Program-made: the position numbers and the translations under genes
The notes under the pieces: generated by a model
What the model saw: only the letters and a program-made list of their open reading frames with translations
Databases searched by the model: none
Told to the model about the DNA's origin: nothing
NCBI GenBank assembly: GCA_050173015.1
Contig: JBFXLE010000010.1
Location: forward strand, 1 to 64,000
From: Calditrichaceae bacterium
GTDB taxonomy: Bacteria > Calditrichota > Calditrichia > Calditrichales > JBFXGD01
Length of the DNA stretch: 64,000 bases
Direction of reading: 5' to 3'
Shown here: positions 48,145 to 58,931 of the stretch, piece after piece
Numbering within the stretch: position 1 is the first letter of the stretch
Layout: each line of letters opens with the position of its first letter

Positions 48145-50397
48145 TCAATTTGCAACGTTTTCTTCAATTATTTCAAATTTACATTCCGGGCATCGTAAAA
48201 AATGTCCTTTAGACTTGGAAGACTTTTCATTCATGTATTTATTCCCGCAATTTGGACATTTTTGATTTACAGGCTTATCCCAGCTTACAAAATCACATGC
48301 CGGATAATTTGTACATCCGTAAAAAATCTTACCGCGTTTGCTTCTCCGCTCAATGATAGTACCGTCGCATGAATCTTTTGGACAGGAAACCCCTGTATTG
48401 ACGGTGATGGGTTTTGTGTTTTTGCAGTCAGGATAATTGGAACACGCTAAAAATTTACCGTATTTTCCTCTTTTAACCACCATGGGACTATTGCATTTAT
48501 CGCAGACTTCATCCGTTGTTTCCTGTTCTTCATCTTCAAGCGGTTTGGTATTTTTGCATTCCGGGTATCCGCTACAGGCCATAAACCGACCGTTTCTGCC
48601 CCACCGGATTATCATCGGGCGGCCACACTTATCACACGATTCGCCGGAATCTTCAAGAAGATCAGACTTTATTTCTTCTTTATTTGCTTCAACGGTTTTT
48701 ATCGCGCGGTCAAAAGGCGTGTAAAATTCATTCATTACATCTTCATACGTGGCGTGGTCACCGGCTATTTCATCCAGCTTTTTTTCCATTGAAGCGGTGA
48801 AATCCACATTAAAGATATCAGGGAAATTTTTGATCAGAATTTTGTTTACCGTTTCCCCAAGTTCCGTGGCGAACAATTTGCGTTCTTTCAGTTCCACGTA
48901 TTTGCGGTGGAGAATGGTGCTTACAATCTGGGCGTACGTGCTCGGACGACCGATTCCGAGCCGGTCCATTTCCTTTACAAGTGTACTTTCCGTATATCTT
49001 GCCGGCGGTTTTGTAAAATTTTGCTCCGGCAGAATTTTCTGCAAATAGCAGGCATCACCTTCATTCAGTCCCGGCGGAATATCTTTCACCCCGTTTTCCT
49101 CGTCTTCGCCGGCTGTTTCCCGGTAAACTTTTTCATAACCAGGAAATTTCATCACTTCGCCTTCGGTCGTAAACAAATAATGACCACCAGTGACTGAGAT
49201 CGTTGTTTTTTCATATATGGCAGGCATCATCTGGCAGGCCACAAATCTCTTCCAGATCAGATTATACAATTTGAATTGCTCCGCCGAGAGCACTCCTTTT
49301 AGATTCTCCGGAGCAAACTCGTCCGATATATTGGCGGGCCGGATCGACTCATGGGCGTCCTGAGCTGATTTTTTCGTTTTATATACTCTCGGATTAGCAG
49401 GCAGATATTCATCGCCAAACTGATTTTTGATGTAATCCCGTGAAGCGTGAAGCGCTTCGGAGCTGATTCTGGTGGAATCGGTACGCATGTAAGTAATCAA
49501 ACCTACTCTGCCCTGTCCGGGTACATCAACACCCTCGTACAATGTTTGCGCGATACTCATGATTCTTTTTGTTGACATATGAAGCATTCGGGAGCCGGAT
49601 TGCTGCAGGGTACTTGTCGTAAAAGGCGGCTGAGGCTGCCGTTTAAGTTCTTTTTTATTGATCGCTGTGATTTTCAGGGCCGCGTTTTTGATGGCCGCCA
49701 CATGATTGTCAGCTGATCCCTGATCGGGAATATGCGCTTTTTTATTGTTGATTTTTGTCAGTTTCAGCTCAAAGGGATCGGAAATATCCGTTTTTACTAC
49801 TATCTTGATCGTCCAGAATTCTTCTGATTTAAACTCACGGATTTCCTCTTCACGCTTACAGATAATATAGAGAGCCACCGATTGCACTCTTCCGGCGCTC
49901 AGACCTCGGTAGATCATTCTCCACAACACCGGACTGATTTTGTAGCCTACTATGCGGTCCAGAACCCTGCGCGCCTGTTGAGAATTTACCATTTTCATGT
50001 CAATAGATCTGGGATGACTCATTGCTGACTCAACACCGCTTCTGGTAATTTCATGAAATTCAACGCGATGGATTTCTTTTTTGGCCGTATTTAAAACAGA
50101 AGAAATATGGTATGCGATCGCTTCGCCTTCCCTGTCAGGGTCAGTCGCGATATAGATATTATCCGCGCCGGCCGCGAGAGCTCTTAATTCCTTGATTATT
50201 TTTTCTTTACCGCGAATATTTATATACTGCGGTTTAAATCCGTCTTCTATATTGACGCCAAACTTGTTTTTGGGCAAATCAATGATATGACCAACCGATG
50301 CGGCAACTTTAAAATCAGCCCCGAGGTATTTATTGATGGTCTTTGCTTTTGCCGGTGATTCTACTATCACTAAAGATTTGTGTGCCATATATCTCAA
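48145..50397 (-). CDS. topA: DNA topoisomerase I
   Basis: LVIVESPAKAKTI, DPDREGEAI, SAGRVQS, ITYMRTDS, C-terminal C4 zinc ribbons. Confidence 0.97.
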   Translation of the reverse strand: MRYMAHKSLVIVESPAKAKTINKYLGADFKVAASVGHIIDLPKNKFGVNIEDGFKPQYINIRGKEKIIKELRALAAGADNIYIATDPDREGEAIAYHISSVLNTAKKEIHRVEFHEITRSGVESAMSHPRSIDMKMVNSQQARRVLDRIVGYKISPVLWRMIYRGLSAGRVQSVALYIICKREEEIREFKSEEFWTIKIVVKTDISDPFELKLTKINNKKAHIPDQGSADNHVAAIKNAALKITAINKKELKRQPQPPFTTSTLQQSGSRMLHMSTKRIMSIAQTLYEGVDVPGQGRVGLITYMRTDSTRISSEALHASRDYIKNQFGDEYLPANPRVYKTKKSAQDAHESIRPANISDEFAPENLKGVLSAEQFKLYNLIWKRFVACQMMPAIYEKTTISVTGGHYLFTTEGEVMKFPGYEKVYRETAGEDEENGVKDIPPGLNEGDACYLQKILPEQNFTKPPARYTESTLVKEMDRLGIGRPSTYAQIVSTILHRKYVELKERKLFATELGETVNKILIKNFPDIFNVDFTASMEKKLDEIAGDHATYEDVMNEFYTPFDRAIKTVEANKEEIKSDLLEDSGESCDKCGRPMIIRWGRNGRFMACSGYPECKNTKPLEDEEQETTDEVCDKCNSPMVVKRGKYGKFLACSNYPDCKNTKPITVNTGVSCPKDSCDGTIIERRSKRGKIFYGCTNYPACDFVSWDKPVNQKCPNCGNKYMNEKSSKSKGHFLRCPECKFEIIEENVAN

Positions 50398-50469
50398 TAA
50401 CTTTTGGTTGTGATTTGTTGTTAACGCGGGACGATATCATCTAAGTTTCGGATCTCAGTAAAAATCTGG

Positions 50470-50934
50470 CTAATGTATGGTATTGGATCCCAGTTGGTAG
50501 AAAAATCCTTCATAAAAATTACCCGGATCAGCGCCCAATACCATTGATGCTGTGATACTCTTAATATCATCCAGTGTGATATTGGTTGTCCCCAGCGATA
50601 ATGATTTCTCGATCGCGGATTCAATCCCCGATTCGTCCAGAATACCTAACTGCCATAACTGCAGAAGATACCCGTATGCATCAGGTGATACAACCAGTTT
50701 TTCAAGTTCGTGTAAAACACGGATCGATTTCCCGCTATACTGAAACTCGGCTTTTTGCGGAGCCTGTTCTTTTTGCAAATGATTAAATATCCAGGAAAAA
50801 GCTATGTTTATTTCATTTTCGGTATAACCGCGTGATCTTAGTTCTTCCGATAAATCAACATAATTTTCGTCTGAGTGCTGGTGCTGAAATTCACCCATCA
50901 GGTACACTATTATCTCAATAATTCGTTCTTGCAT
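50470..50934 (-). CDS. smg: DUF494/Smg family protein
   Basis: MQERIIEIIVYL...GYTENEINIAFSW...RVLHELE; upstream of topA. Confidence 0.8.
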   Translation of the reverse strand: MQERIIEIIVYLMGEFQHQHSDENYVDLSEELRSRGYTENEINIAFSWIFNHLQKEQAPQKAEFQYSGKSIRVLHELEKLVVSPDAYGYLLQLWQLGILDESGIESAIEKSLSLGTTNITLDDIKSITASMVLGADPGNFYEGFFYQLGSNTIH

Positions 50935-51178
50935 CTGTTTCCTTATGTATAGTCCAAAAAAAACTACACTTTTGTTAATAAAAAATCAAGTCATTAAACC
51001 GTACATTATATAATTAGTTTCATTATAAATATATTGGATGAAAATATATCCGTTTTGTGACAAATATTCCTTTTTATGTCAGGATACCTGAAAAGACAAA
51101 AAATAATGAAGAAAAAAATATCCGGCAAAGTTACCTCTGCCGGATCAAAAATACAATCATGCCATATCGAAATCAAAT

Positions 51179-51868
51179 TTAATCACTTCCCCATGTGCCC
51201 CCTGCAATTTCATTCCCGGAGCTATTATACTTCTTCCACCATCCGTTGCCACTTGAATCCCAATGTGATTCAAAGAGAAGATTGCCGTTATTGTAAATAA
51301 GGAAACTGCCGCTACCATCGGCGTTTGCTGTCGATTCATGGCTGAACATTCCAAAATTGAAAGTACAAATCACGTTGCCATCGTCATCCGTTTCACAGGA
51401 AGAGACAAAAGCCACCTCTTCAGAGTTCATCTGATAAAATGTCCAGGATGATGATTTCCTGTCACCGCTTTGATACCCCTCCATGGCCAGCCAGTTGTCA
51501 TACATCAATATGCCGATTGACCCATCAAGAATCATTTGCCAAACAATCGAATCATCATCTCCGACCGTGGCCTTTATGGTTATCGTAAGATCGTTATTCG
51601 TGCTTGTCCAAACCCATGTATCACCGTCTCTCACGGCATCTATGTCGTCAAAAATATTGCCAATCCACAGCATCCACGGTCCGAGCATCACGCCTGTGTA
51701 CTGAAATTCGGTGTAAACTTCCGGTGGCGCGTCTGTCGGCGGCGAGGCCAGATTCAGATTTGGCAGTGATGGCGGTGTGTCTTTGTTGGAATTTCCTGAA
51801 GTACTATCTGAGCAGGAATAAATGGTGAATGCCGAAAATATAAAAGCTAAAATGATTAACTTTTTCAT
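51179..51868 (-). CDS. Hypothetical lipoprotein
   Basis: Lipobox IYSC; GGGGGGA RBS; Trp-rich beta strands. Confidence 0.78.
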   Translation of the reverse strand: MKKLIILAFIFSAFTIYSCSDSTSGNSNKDTPPSLPNLNLASPPTDAPPEVYTEFQYTGVMLGPWMLWIGNIFDDIDAVRDGDTWVWTSTNNDLTITIKATVGDDDSIVWQMILDGSIGILMYDNWLAMEGYQSGDRKSSSWTFYQMNSEEVAFVSSCETDDDGNVICTFNFGMFSHESTANADGSGSFLIYNNGNLLFESHWDSSGNGWWKKYNSSGNEIAGGTWGSD

Positions 51869-51934
51869 AAAGATCCCCCCCGGCTTCTTATATGGTAAGA
51901 TAATTGCTGTTGACTAAAATCAAAATGACATTTG

Positions 51935-53617
51935 TCACAATACTTCAACTTTTTTTAAATCTTCAACTGTCAGCTGGAGCCTTTCAGTCCCTCTCCAATT
52001 GTTTATATTCACTCTGAAGGCCACATCAATGGTATCTCCGAACATAATATCATCCTTATAGCATCCTCCGCCCCACCATATACACTCGAACAACTGATTT
52101 CCTCTTTGCACGGATAATTTCAGGTGCTTTCCGTTGCTTAACAACATCATATCACGAACATAAACACTTTTTAGCAAAAGGATTGGTTCGGCGTTGGTCT
52201 CGCCGAAGGGCCCTATTTCCTGAATCACCCTGGCTGTGTTCAGATTAAGCTGATCAATATCTATCACCGAATCAATCACTACTTCCGGTACCAGCTCTTC
52301 ATGACTCAGCGCCTCGTTTGCATAATCTATAAATTCTTTTTTGAACTGACTATAATTTTCCGCGGAAATGGTCAAACCCGCTGCTTTGTGATGGCCTCCG
52401 TAGTTCAAAAAATAATGATTAAACTGTGTCAGCGCGTTGGTCACATGAAAAGCGTCAATACTTCTGGCGGACCCCACATAATTTCCGTTCTCATCCCTGG
52501 TAAATACAAAAGCCGGTCGTAAGTATTTTTCTTTCAGCCTGCCGGAAACCAACCCGATCAAACCGGCTAACCATTCTTCATTTTCAACAAAGATCACTTT
52601 TTCTGAAGGAATCGCGTCATCCGCCGGCATTAAATTGAGCGCGTAATCAAGATAACTGGATTGCAGTGTCTGTCTTTTGCGGTTTAAACTATCAAGATGA
52701 GCCGACAGTTCCAGAGCTTCTTCTTTTGATTCGGTTATCAGCAGTTCAACCGAAATTGTGGCTTCTTCCATCCGTCCGGCAGCATTTAATCTGGGCGCCA
52801 AAAAATAGCCAACAGAGATCGGGGTAACAACTTTCTCTTTCACACCGCTGATTTTTTTTAGCGCCATCAGACCGGGTTTCCGGCTTCCGCTCAGAACCTT
52901 CAGCCCGAATTTCACAAGCGCGTAATTTTCATCCCGCAAGGGCATCACATCCGCGATAGTTCCGATCGCCACTAAATCCAACTGATTCAGCAGAAACTGT
53001 TTAAAATCGTCCTCCTGCATCAGTTTTTCACTCAGGGCGTGCAGCAATTTAAACGCGACCGCTACTCCGCAGATAGTTTTAAATGGATATTCAGAATCGG
53101 TCCTGTTTGGGTTAATCACCGCGCAGGCGTCAGGAAGATCTCCTTCCTGCAAATGGTGATCTGTCACTACAACATCGATACCCAGTGATTTTGCATGATC
53201 GATCGCGTCATGGGCCGTTATTCCGTTATCAACGGTAATAATGAGCTGCATTCCCATTTCAGCGGCCTGATCAACCGCCGACGGTCGCAACCCATAACCG
53301 TCCTTTTCCCTGTGAGGCAGGGCGTATTCCACGGGATATCCAATTTTTCTAAAAAAATATACCATAATTGCCGTGGAAGTCACTCCGTCCACATCATAAT
53401 CGCCAAAAATGAATATTTTTTCTCCGTTATCGATCGCCCGGATGATACGCGTGACGGCTTTTTCCATATCAGGAAGCAGATATGGCGAATGAAGCCGATC
53501 TGATAATTTGAACGGTTCCAAATGATTTGGAGGCAGATCTCTGTTATTAAGTATCACATCAACAATTGAATTTCCAGAGTCGGTATTTAGTATTTTCCAT
53601 AACTTTTCAGGTAGCAT
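51935..53617 (-). CDS. recJ: ssDNA-specific exonuclease RecJ
   Basis: GDYDVDG, TVDNG, TDHH, GTIADV, PRLNAAGR, GSARS, GGHHKAAG. Confidence 0.96.
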   Translation of the reverse strand: MLPEKLWKILNTDSGNSIVDVILNNRDLPPNHLEPFKLSDRLHSPYLLPDMEKAVTRIIRAIDNGEKIFIFGDYDVDGVTSTAIMVYFFRKIGYPVEYALPHREKDGYGLRPSAVDQAAEMGMQLIITVDNGITAHDAIDHAKSLGIDVVVTDHHLQEGDLPDACAVINPNRTDSEYPFKTICGVAVAFKLLHALSEKLMQEDDFKQFLLNQLDLVAIGTIADVMPLRDENYALVKFGLKVLSGSRKPGLMALKKISGVKEKVVTPISVGYFLAPRLNAAGRMEEATISVELLITESKEEALELSAHLDSLNRKRQTLQSSYLDYALNLMPADDAIPSEKVIFVENEEWLAGLIGLVSGRLKEKYLRPAFVFTRDENGNYVGSARSIDAFHVTNALTQFNHYFLNYGGHHKAAGLTISAENYSQFKKEFIDYANEALSHEELVPEVVIDSVIDIDQLNLNTARVIQEIGPFGETNAEPILLLKSVYVRDMMLLSNGKHLKLSVQRGNQLFECIWWGGGCYKDDIMFGDTIDVAFRVNINNWRGTERLQLTVEDLKKVEVL

Positions 53618-53725
53618 ATATTTTTATTTAAACCTCCGGTCCTGTTCAAAATCATGTTTTTAAATTTAGGTAAAAACATCCGTAATGATAATCTATGAAT
53701 TTAAAAGTTTATAATCAAAGCTACT

Positions 53726-56722
53726 TTACAATCTTAAAATGGGAAGATCAGAGAGGTCACCTGAACTTGTCATTTCCTTTAAAAACGGGGACGACTTCTG
53801 CATCTTGCCAAATCGGTTTTTGACTGCTGTCAGGATAACTTCTTTTCTTGCTCTCGTAATCCCGACATAAAGAAGTCGTTTTTGTTCTTCCAGTTTTTTG
53901 GCGACGGGACGGTTATCCTGATCATCTTTTTTATAGGCAAAAAAGCTGGGCATGGTATCATCTTCCAGCCCCTGAATGATCACATGGTCAAACTCCAGTC
54001 CCTTTGCGGAATGATATGTGAGGAGAGAAACGGCATCAATACTTCCAAGACTATCCTGTGGATTTATCAGCAGGATAAACGATAAAAATTCAGCTATTGC
54101 CTGATCGACAGGCTGATGTTTGAACTGATCGGCAATTTCAAGCATTCGTTTGAACGCGTCATCTTTCATGTCATATGCCGTAATGCCCGTCATCACCTGC
54201 TCTGCTCTGCTGCGTATTTTTTCCCTTAATTCCGCTTCCGAATAATTAAATCTAACGGCAAATTTGCTCAATATTTCTGAATAGGGCGAGAGCAATTTAC
54301 GCGCGCCCGAAGCAAAAAATATCCGGTCTTCAACGGCCACCAGTTTGTCTTCCAGTAAATTTCCCAGGGCAACATACTCGGTAAGATTTTCCCCGGCGAT
54401 CCTCATCTCCCTTTTTATGGCAACCTGGTGCATTTTCTGAATAATTTCATGCAGTACGCGCACATCGTCCAGCGCTCTATGTCTGTTCCCGGGATCAAGC
54501 TTAAACCGGTCCGCCAGCGCGTCAATCGAATTTTGCTTAGCTGGATATAAGTGGCGGGCGAAAACAAGTGAATCATAACGTGTGTTCGGAAGCCGGTCAT
54601 TTAGCAGGCCGCGTGAATACCGGTCGATTATTTTAAAATCAAAACTGTATCCGTTATGTGCAATCAATAAATCATTTCCGGCAAAATCGATCATTTTTTT
54701 AATAGCTGTTTTCATGTCGGGAGCATCTCTGATATCTTCTTCGGTGATATGGTGTACCGCCTGCGCTTCCGGTTCGATAGGCATGCCGGGATTAACCAGG
54801 ATTTGAAACTCATCCGTGATTATAGAATCACGTACACGGACGGCCGCGATTTCAACAATCGCGCATTTTTCTGGATCTCTTCCGGTTGTTTCCAGGTCAA
54901 ACACCACATAATCCCTAAAAAATGGCGTGCGGGACTGTTTCAGGCCTGACTGCATTCTTCGAAAAAGCGTAGAAATCGAACCCTTTCTCTTTTCATCAGT
55001 TTTATCGTGCAAAATTTCTACTTCGCAGGACAATTTTTGGTCATTCATAGGCGACAGCAAAATTACCACATCCATAGGATTGATATTGATAATATTCTCA
55101 TTTTTTAAAACATGAACGCGGTTTTGGTATAACAGCTGCAGCATTTGACAGCCGACAAAAGACAATTGCTCGTTCGTGTGATATACCCAAATTTGCGCCT
55201 TCGGATTTCTGGCTTTATTGTTTTCCCTGAAAGCAACATCGGTTATCTTCTCTACATTATGTTCCAGCATGGTTTTTTCCATGTCCTTTGAGCTGCGTAA
55301 TATTTCCAGCACCAGGCTGTCAAACTTGTAAAATGATTTCAGATTCACAAGATTCGCGATGTTTCCGATAAATGCATTTGTTCTCCTTCGAATATCAGAT
55401 CCGATTTCAGCCCGGTTTGAGAAATCGTTCAAAGCCTTCCTGAAAGTAGATTTCTCTCCTAAATTCTGATAATTCTGAATCTGTTTGTATATGTGATGTC
55501 CCAGCTCTATTTCCACCAGCTCTTCAAGGACAAGATTATCGGCCGGATTTCTGATGAGCTTCAGATACGATAAGAGGCGAACCATTTTTGGCTGATCAAG
55601 TAGATTTTTTCCGGATGCCTGTTGATAGGGAATTCTTTCTTTCAGTAACCTGACGGCAATCTGGTCGCCAAACCGGTGCTGAGGATAGATGATGGCTATC
55701 TCGGAGTAATCCGCCTTTTGCGCTGTGTGCCATTCATCTATTTTTTTTACTATAAATTCGATCTCTTTCCCCTCTTCTTCAAACAAAGCTACCTGTATCA
55801 GATCCTCTTTTTGCGCGTCCGGAATGATAACTTTGTCCGGCTCAATCCTGTCCGTCGATTTCACGATGGCTTGAGCCGCCCGGGTGATTTTTTCTCCGCT
55901 TCTGTAGTTAACTTCGAGAAACACCGGTTCTTCTATTAAAAAATCATCCATATACTGGCGTATATTTTCCGGATTGGCGCCCCGCCAGGAATAAATTGAC
56001 TGATCGTCATCAGCCACGACAAAGATATTGCGATGTTTTTCGGCAAGCATTTTGATAATCTGATACTGAACCAAATCCGTATCCTGAAATTCATCAACGA
56101 GAACGGATTGATAGAGAAACCGATACTGATCCAGAATATCCTTATTTGCCTTTAGAAGAGAAAGCGTTTTGACAAGAATTTGATTATAATCGATAAGGCC
56201 GTGTTTTTGGAGATGATTTTCATACTTTTCATAGACCATGGCCGAAAAAGACGGCAGAGGATTGCCTTTTAACAGGAAATTTGAGAACGCCAGCTGAATG
56301 CCTTTGACTACTCTTTCCGGATTTTCCCTAACCTTACCGCTTATCAGGCTTTTTAGAAGACGATTCTGATAATCATCATCACATATGCTAAAATATTTAC
56401 TTAATCCCGCGGGTTCATGGTATTTTCTAAGAATATCAAGACAAAATGAGTGGATGGTTCCGGTCCTTACTTTCTCCGCCTTCGAATCCAGTATCTTTGT
56501 TAATCGCAGTTTTATTTCACCCGCGGCTTTATTGCTGAATGTGAGGGCCAGGATGTTTTCAGGGGGGATATTGTAATGATGAACTTCATAAACAATCCGC
56601 GCGATCAGAGCCCTGGTTTTTCCGGTTCCGGGTCCCGCTATCATCAGCACCGGCTGTCGCGGCGCGGTCACCGCCTTTAGCTGACTTTTGTTTAATTCAT
56701 CTAAAATTTTCCTGACTGACAT
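53726..56722 (-). CDS. UvrD/PcrA-type SF1 helicase with inserted DnaQ-like (DEDDh) 3'-5' exonuclease
   Basis: AGPGTGKT, VDEFQDT, DDDQSIYSWRGA, LEVNYRS; VFDLETTG...HNGYSFD...HRALDD; HSAKGLEF, RLLYVGITRA. ATG 56722 is the likely start (ORF track 56764). Confidence 0.9.
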   Translation of the reverse strand: MSVRKILDELNKSQLKAVTAPRQPVLMIAGPGTGKTRALIARIVYEVHHYNIPPENILALTFSNKAAGEIKLRLTKILDSKAEKVRTGTIHSFCLDILRKYHEPAGLSKYFSICDDDYQNRLLKSLISGKVRENPERVVKGIQLAFSNFLLKGNPLPSFSAMVYEKYENHLQKHGLIDYNQILVKTLSLLKANKDILDQYRFLYQSVLVDEFQDTDLVQYQIIKMLAEKHRNIFVVADDDQSIYSWRGANPENIRQYMDDFLIEEPVFLEVNYRSGEKITRAAQAIVKSTDRIEPDKVIIPDAQKEDLIQVALFEEEGKEIEFIVKKIDEWHTAQKADYSEIAIIYPQHRFGDQIAVRLLKERIPYQQASGKNLLDQPKMVRLLSYLKLIRNPADNLVLEELVEIELGHHIYKQIQNYQNLGEKSTFRKALNDFSNRAEIGSDIRRRTNAFIGNIANLVNLKSFYKFDSLVLEILRSSKDMEKTMLEHNVEKITDVAFRENNKARNPKAQIWVYHTNEQLSFVGCQMLQLLYQNRVHVLKNENIININPMDVVILLSPMNDQKLSCEVEILHDKTDEKRKGSISTLFRRMQSGLKQSRTPFFRDYVVFDLETTGRDPEKCAIVEIAAVRVRDSIITDEFQILVNPGMPIEPEAQAVHHITEEDIRDAPDMKTAIKKMIDFAGNDLLIAHNGYSFDFKIIDRYSRGLLNDRLPNTRYDSLVFARHLYPAKQNSIDALADRFKLDPGNRHRALDDVRVLHEIIQKMHQVAIKREMRIAGENLTEYVALGNLLEDKLVAVEDRIFFASGARKLLSPYSEILSKFAVRFNYSEAELREKIRSRAEQVMTGITAYDMKDDAFKRMLEIADQFKHQPVDQAIAEFLSFILLINPQDSLGSIDAVSLLTYHSAKGLEFDHVIIQGLEDDTMPSFFAYKKDDQDNRPVAKKLEEQKRLLYVGITRARKEVILTAVKNRFGKMQKSSPFLKEMTSSGDLSDLPILRL

Positions 56723-56952
56723 CTGCAAATCCCTGTTAGTATTTTTAATCCCGGCGGGTTGCAACTTTTGTTTTCGGATCTAAGAATATTTGATGAGAAT
56801 AACCGGAATTGTGAACGGGCAATTATAAATTTATTGTCTCGTCGCGGCTGTTGATTCCGAATTATGTTCTGAGATACAACCGGATTTAACGGCCGGATAA
56901 TTTATGTTCAAAGATATATGAATAATATACAAAAAACGGATTAGCGTTGTAA

Positions 56953-57411
56953 CTATTTATTTTGACCGTTTAAAAAGGCTCCTAATTGCATGAAGGACAA
57001 TTCAAACTCCTCCTTATGCAAGAACGCCGCGTAACGCTTGCGGCTTGCCACTAATTTTGTATTGTCATAAATTTCAGCGAAATCAACAATATACCGGTAC
57101 CCCTCAAAGCGGCTGGCTGGCAATGGATCATACAGAACAAGCGCATCAGTCAATGCCGGAAATGATTCGTTTGATGTTATGATAACCGGATCCTCCGGCG
57201 CTACGGATGGATCATTCATTATTGAATGGGGCACAAAACTATCCTGTTTCCAATTCCAGAGAAGATTATCGAGATTAAAAGCGCCCTTTTTATCCGCCAC
57301 ATAAACGGTCGCGCGCAATTTTTTATTGAATAATTTTTCGACAATATCGCAGACGTATCTTTCTTTGGCGGTAATTTTTAATTCTATAAATGTAACGGAT
57401 ATTTTTGTCAT
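56953..57411 (-). CDS. holC: DNA polymerase III subunit chi
   Basis: LDNLLWNWKQDSFVPH, SRKRY, typical of HolC. Confidence 0.8.
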   Translation of the reverse strand: MTKISVTFIELKITAKERYVCDIVEKLFNKKLRATVYVADKKGAFNLDNLLWNWKQDSFVPHSIMNDPSVAPEDPVIITSNESFPALTDALVLYDPLPASRFEGYRYIVDFAEIYDNTKLVASRKRYAAFLHKEEFELSFMQLGAFLNGQNK

Positions 57412-58034
57412 TAGAAACGTTGCCCGACTTCAAGCCGCAGATCAAATGTTGACTGGTCCTTTCGCTCGCCGATGGTTTCGGTGAACGGAAAAAATCGATA
57501 CTGCAATCTGATTCCAAGGAAATTCTTTGAACTGACATTCGCGTCGATACCCGCGGCGATCAATCCCCCCAGAGTAAGGGAGTACTGGTCTCTTGTTTTT
57601 GTCCCGTCCGGTTTTGTATCATACTCCGGAAAATTCATCCCGTAAACCGGCCCGACGCCAAACTCGAGAAACGGTCTGACATTGTCATCCAAATCATTCG
57701 CGAACATTCTTTTTTTTGCTGTAAACATAAAATCGAGGATATAAACATTGTTATCACCATTGACTGTTCTGGGGTAGCCGTAAATATCAATATAGTTAAA
57801 TTCTTTACTGTCCCTGAGCATAAATCCGTCAAATCCCATTCCGACATGCCAGTAACTTTTAAGAGGCCATTTGATGAAAGCGCCAATCCCGGCTCCGAGT
57901 TCAACCATACTGAATGCTAACCCGCGCTGCCGGTATGTCGTCGGCTGCGGATCCTGCTGAAGATATTGTTCAAATTGGCTGAATCCGTGAATCGGAATTA
58001 AAATTAATAAAAGAATGAATATGTATTTTTTCAA
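57411..58034 (-). CDS. Putative outer-membrane beta-barrel protein
   Basis: Signal peptide, amphipathic strands (RPFLEFGVG), C-terminal Phe. Confidence 0.7.
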   Translation of the reverse strand: MKKYIFILLLILIPIHGFSQFEQYLQQDPQPTTYRQRGLAFSMVELGAGIGAFIKWPLKSYWHVGMGFDGFMLRDSKEFNYIDIYGYPRTVNGDNNVYILDFMFTAKKRMFANDLDDNVRPFLEFGVGPVYGMNFPEYDTKPDGTKTRDQYSLTLGGLIAAGIDANVSSKNFLGIRLQYRFFPFTETIGERKDQSTFDLRLEVGQRF

Positions 58035-58428
58035 ATTATCCTCCCGTGCTAAAATATAGTCGATCTCTCAAAACCATTCAACTATTTTTCATCGACAGTT
58101 CCACCTTAAATATAGAGGCTTCTCACTATGATAAACAAAATCCAATTATACCGGTTCCCTGAAAAAGTGATGAGCACTCCTTTCAATATTATATTAGAAG
58201 GAAATTCTCATCATTTTTATTCTGACAATCCGTGTATAAAAATTATAAATGCCGGGTTAACATTTTCATTGATCTATTCTGTCCAATTTTCCCTACAATT
58301 AATTAACACTTTTTAAGGACATCCTTTTGATGTTCATCGTATCAAGTCTATGGGCTTGATTTAAACACTTTAAATGATCATGCCTTTTGATTTGCAAAAA
58401 TTCAAATTTAACATTTTACCTTATAAAC

Positions 58429-58461
58429 AAAAAAATCCCTTTCCACCTGAATGAAAAGGGA
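58429..58461 (-). terminator. Probable terminator
   Basis: TCCCTTT/AAAGGGA stem with T tract on the - strand. Confidence 0.6.
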
Positions 58462-58483
58462 TTAATGATATTTGAAAATTATA

Positions 58484-58885
58484 TTATCTGAACATGGCTT
58501 TTATCGCGCCCCAGGTTCGAAACACACCTGATATATTCGGGTGAACGATCATCGAATCCGTTTCTTCGATAAGTGTATCGCTTTCCCCGACCGCCTTTAT
58601 TTTATAAAAAAGAGCCGTGCCGCTTTTGAACATCACATTCTCATCGACAAAATCATACGAAGTTCCCGGGCCTTTTGGCTTTACACGTTTTAATTCCGCG
58701 AAATCTGTCTGGGATGAGCTTTTTAGTATAATAAAATGCCTGACTCCCTCTTCAGAAGATGTAACCCATGACACGGTCACCTTATCTGTTGTTGGAACAG
58801 CGCTATACTCACTGAATATGATACCCGCAAATAACAACGTTGCCGGTAAAATAATAACTATTAAAAAGAAGAGTGCTTTACGCAT
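58484..58885 (-). CDS. Small secreted Ig/FN3-like protein ending in TWGAIKAMFR
   Basis: Signal peptide; VTVSWVTSSE...YDFVD...FYKIKAV. Confidence 0.75.
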   Translation of the reverse strand: MRKALFFLIVIILPATLLFAGIIFSEYSAVPTTDKVTVSWVTSSEEGVRHFIILKSSSQTDFAELKRVKPKGPGTSYDFVDENVMFKSGTALFYKIKAVGESDTLIEETDSMIVHPNISGVFRTWGAIKAMFR

Positions 58886-58931
58886 GAAGAGTTTTCTGCC
58901 TCATACTATTAATTAATGTAAATATATAATG

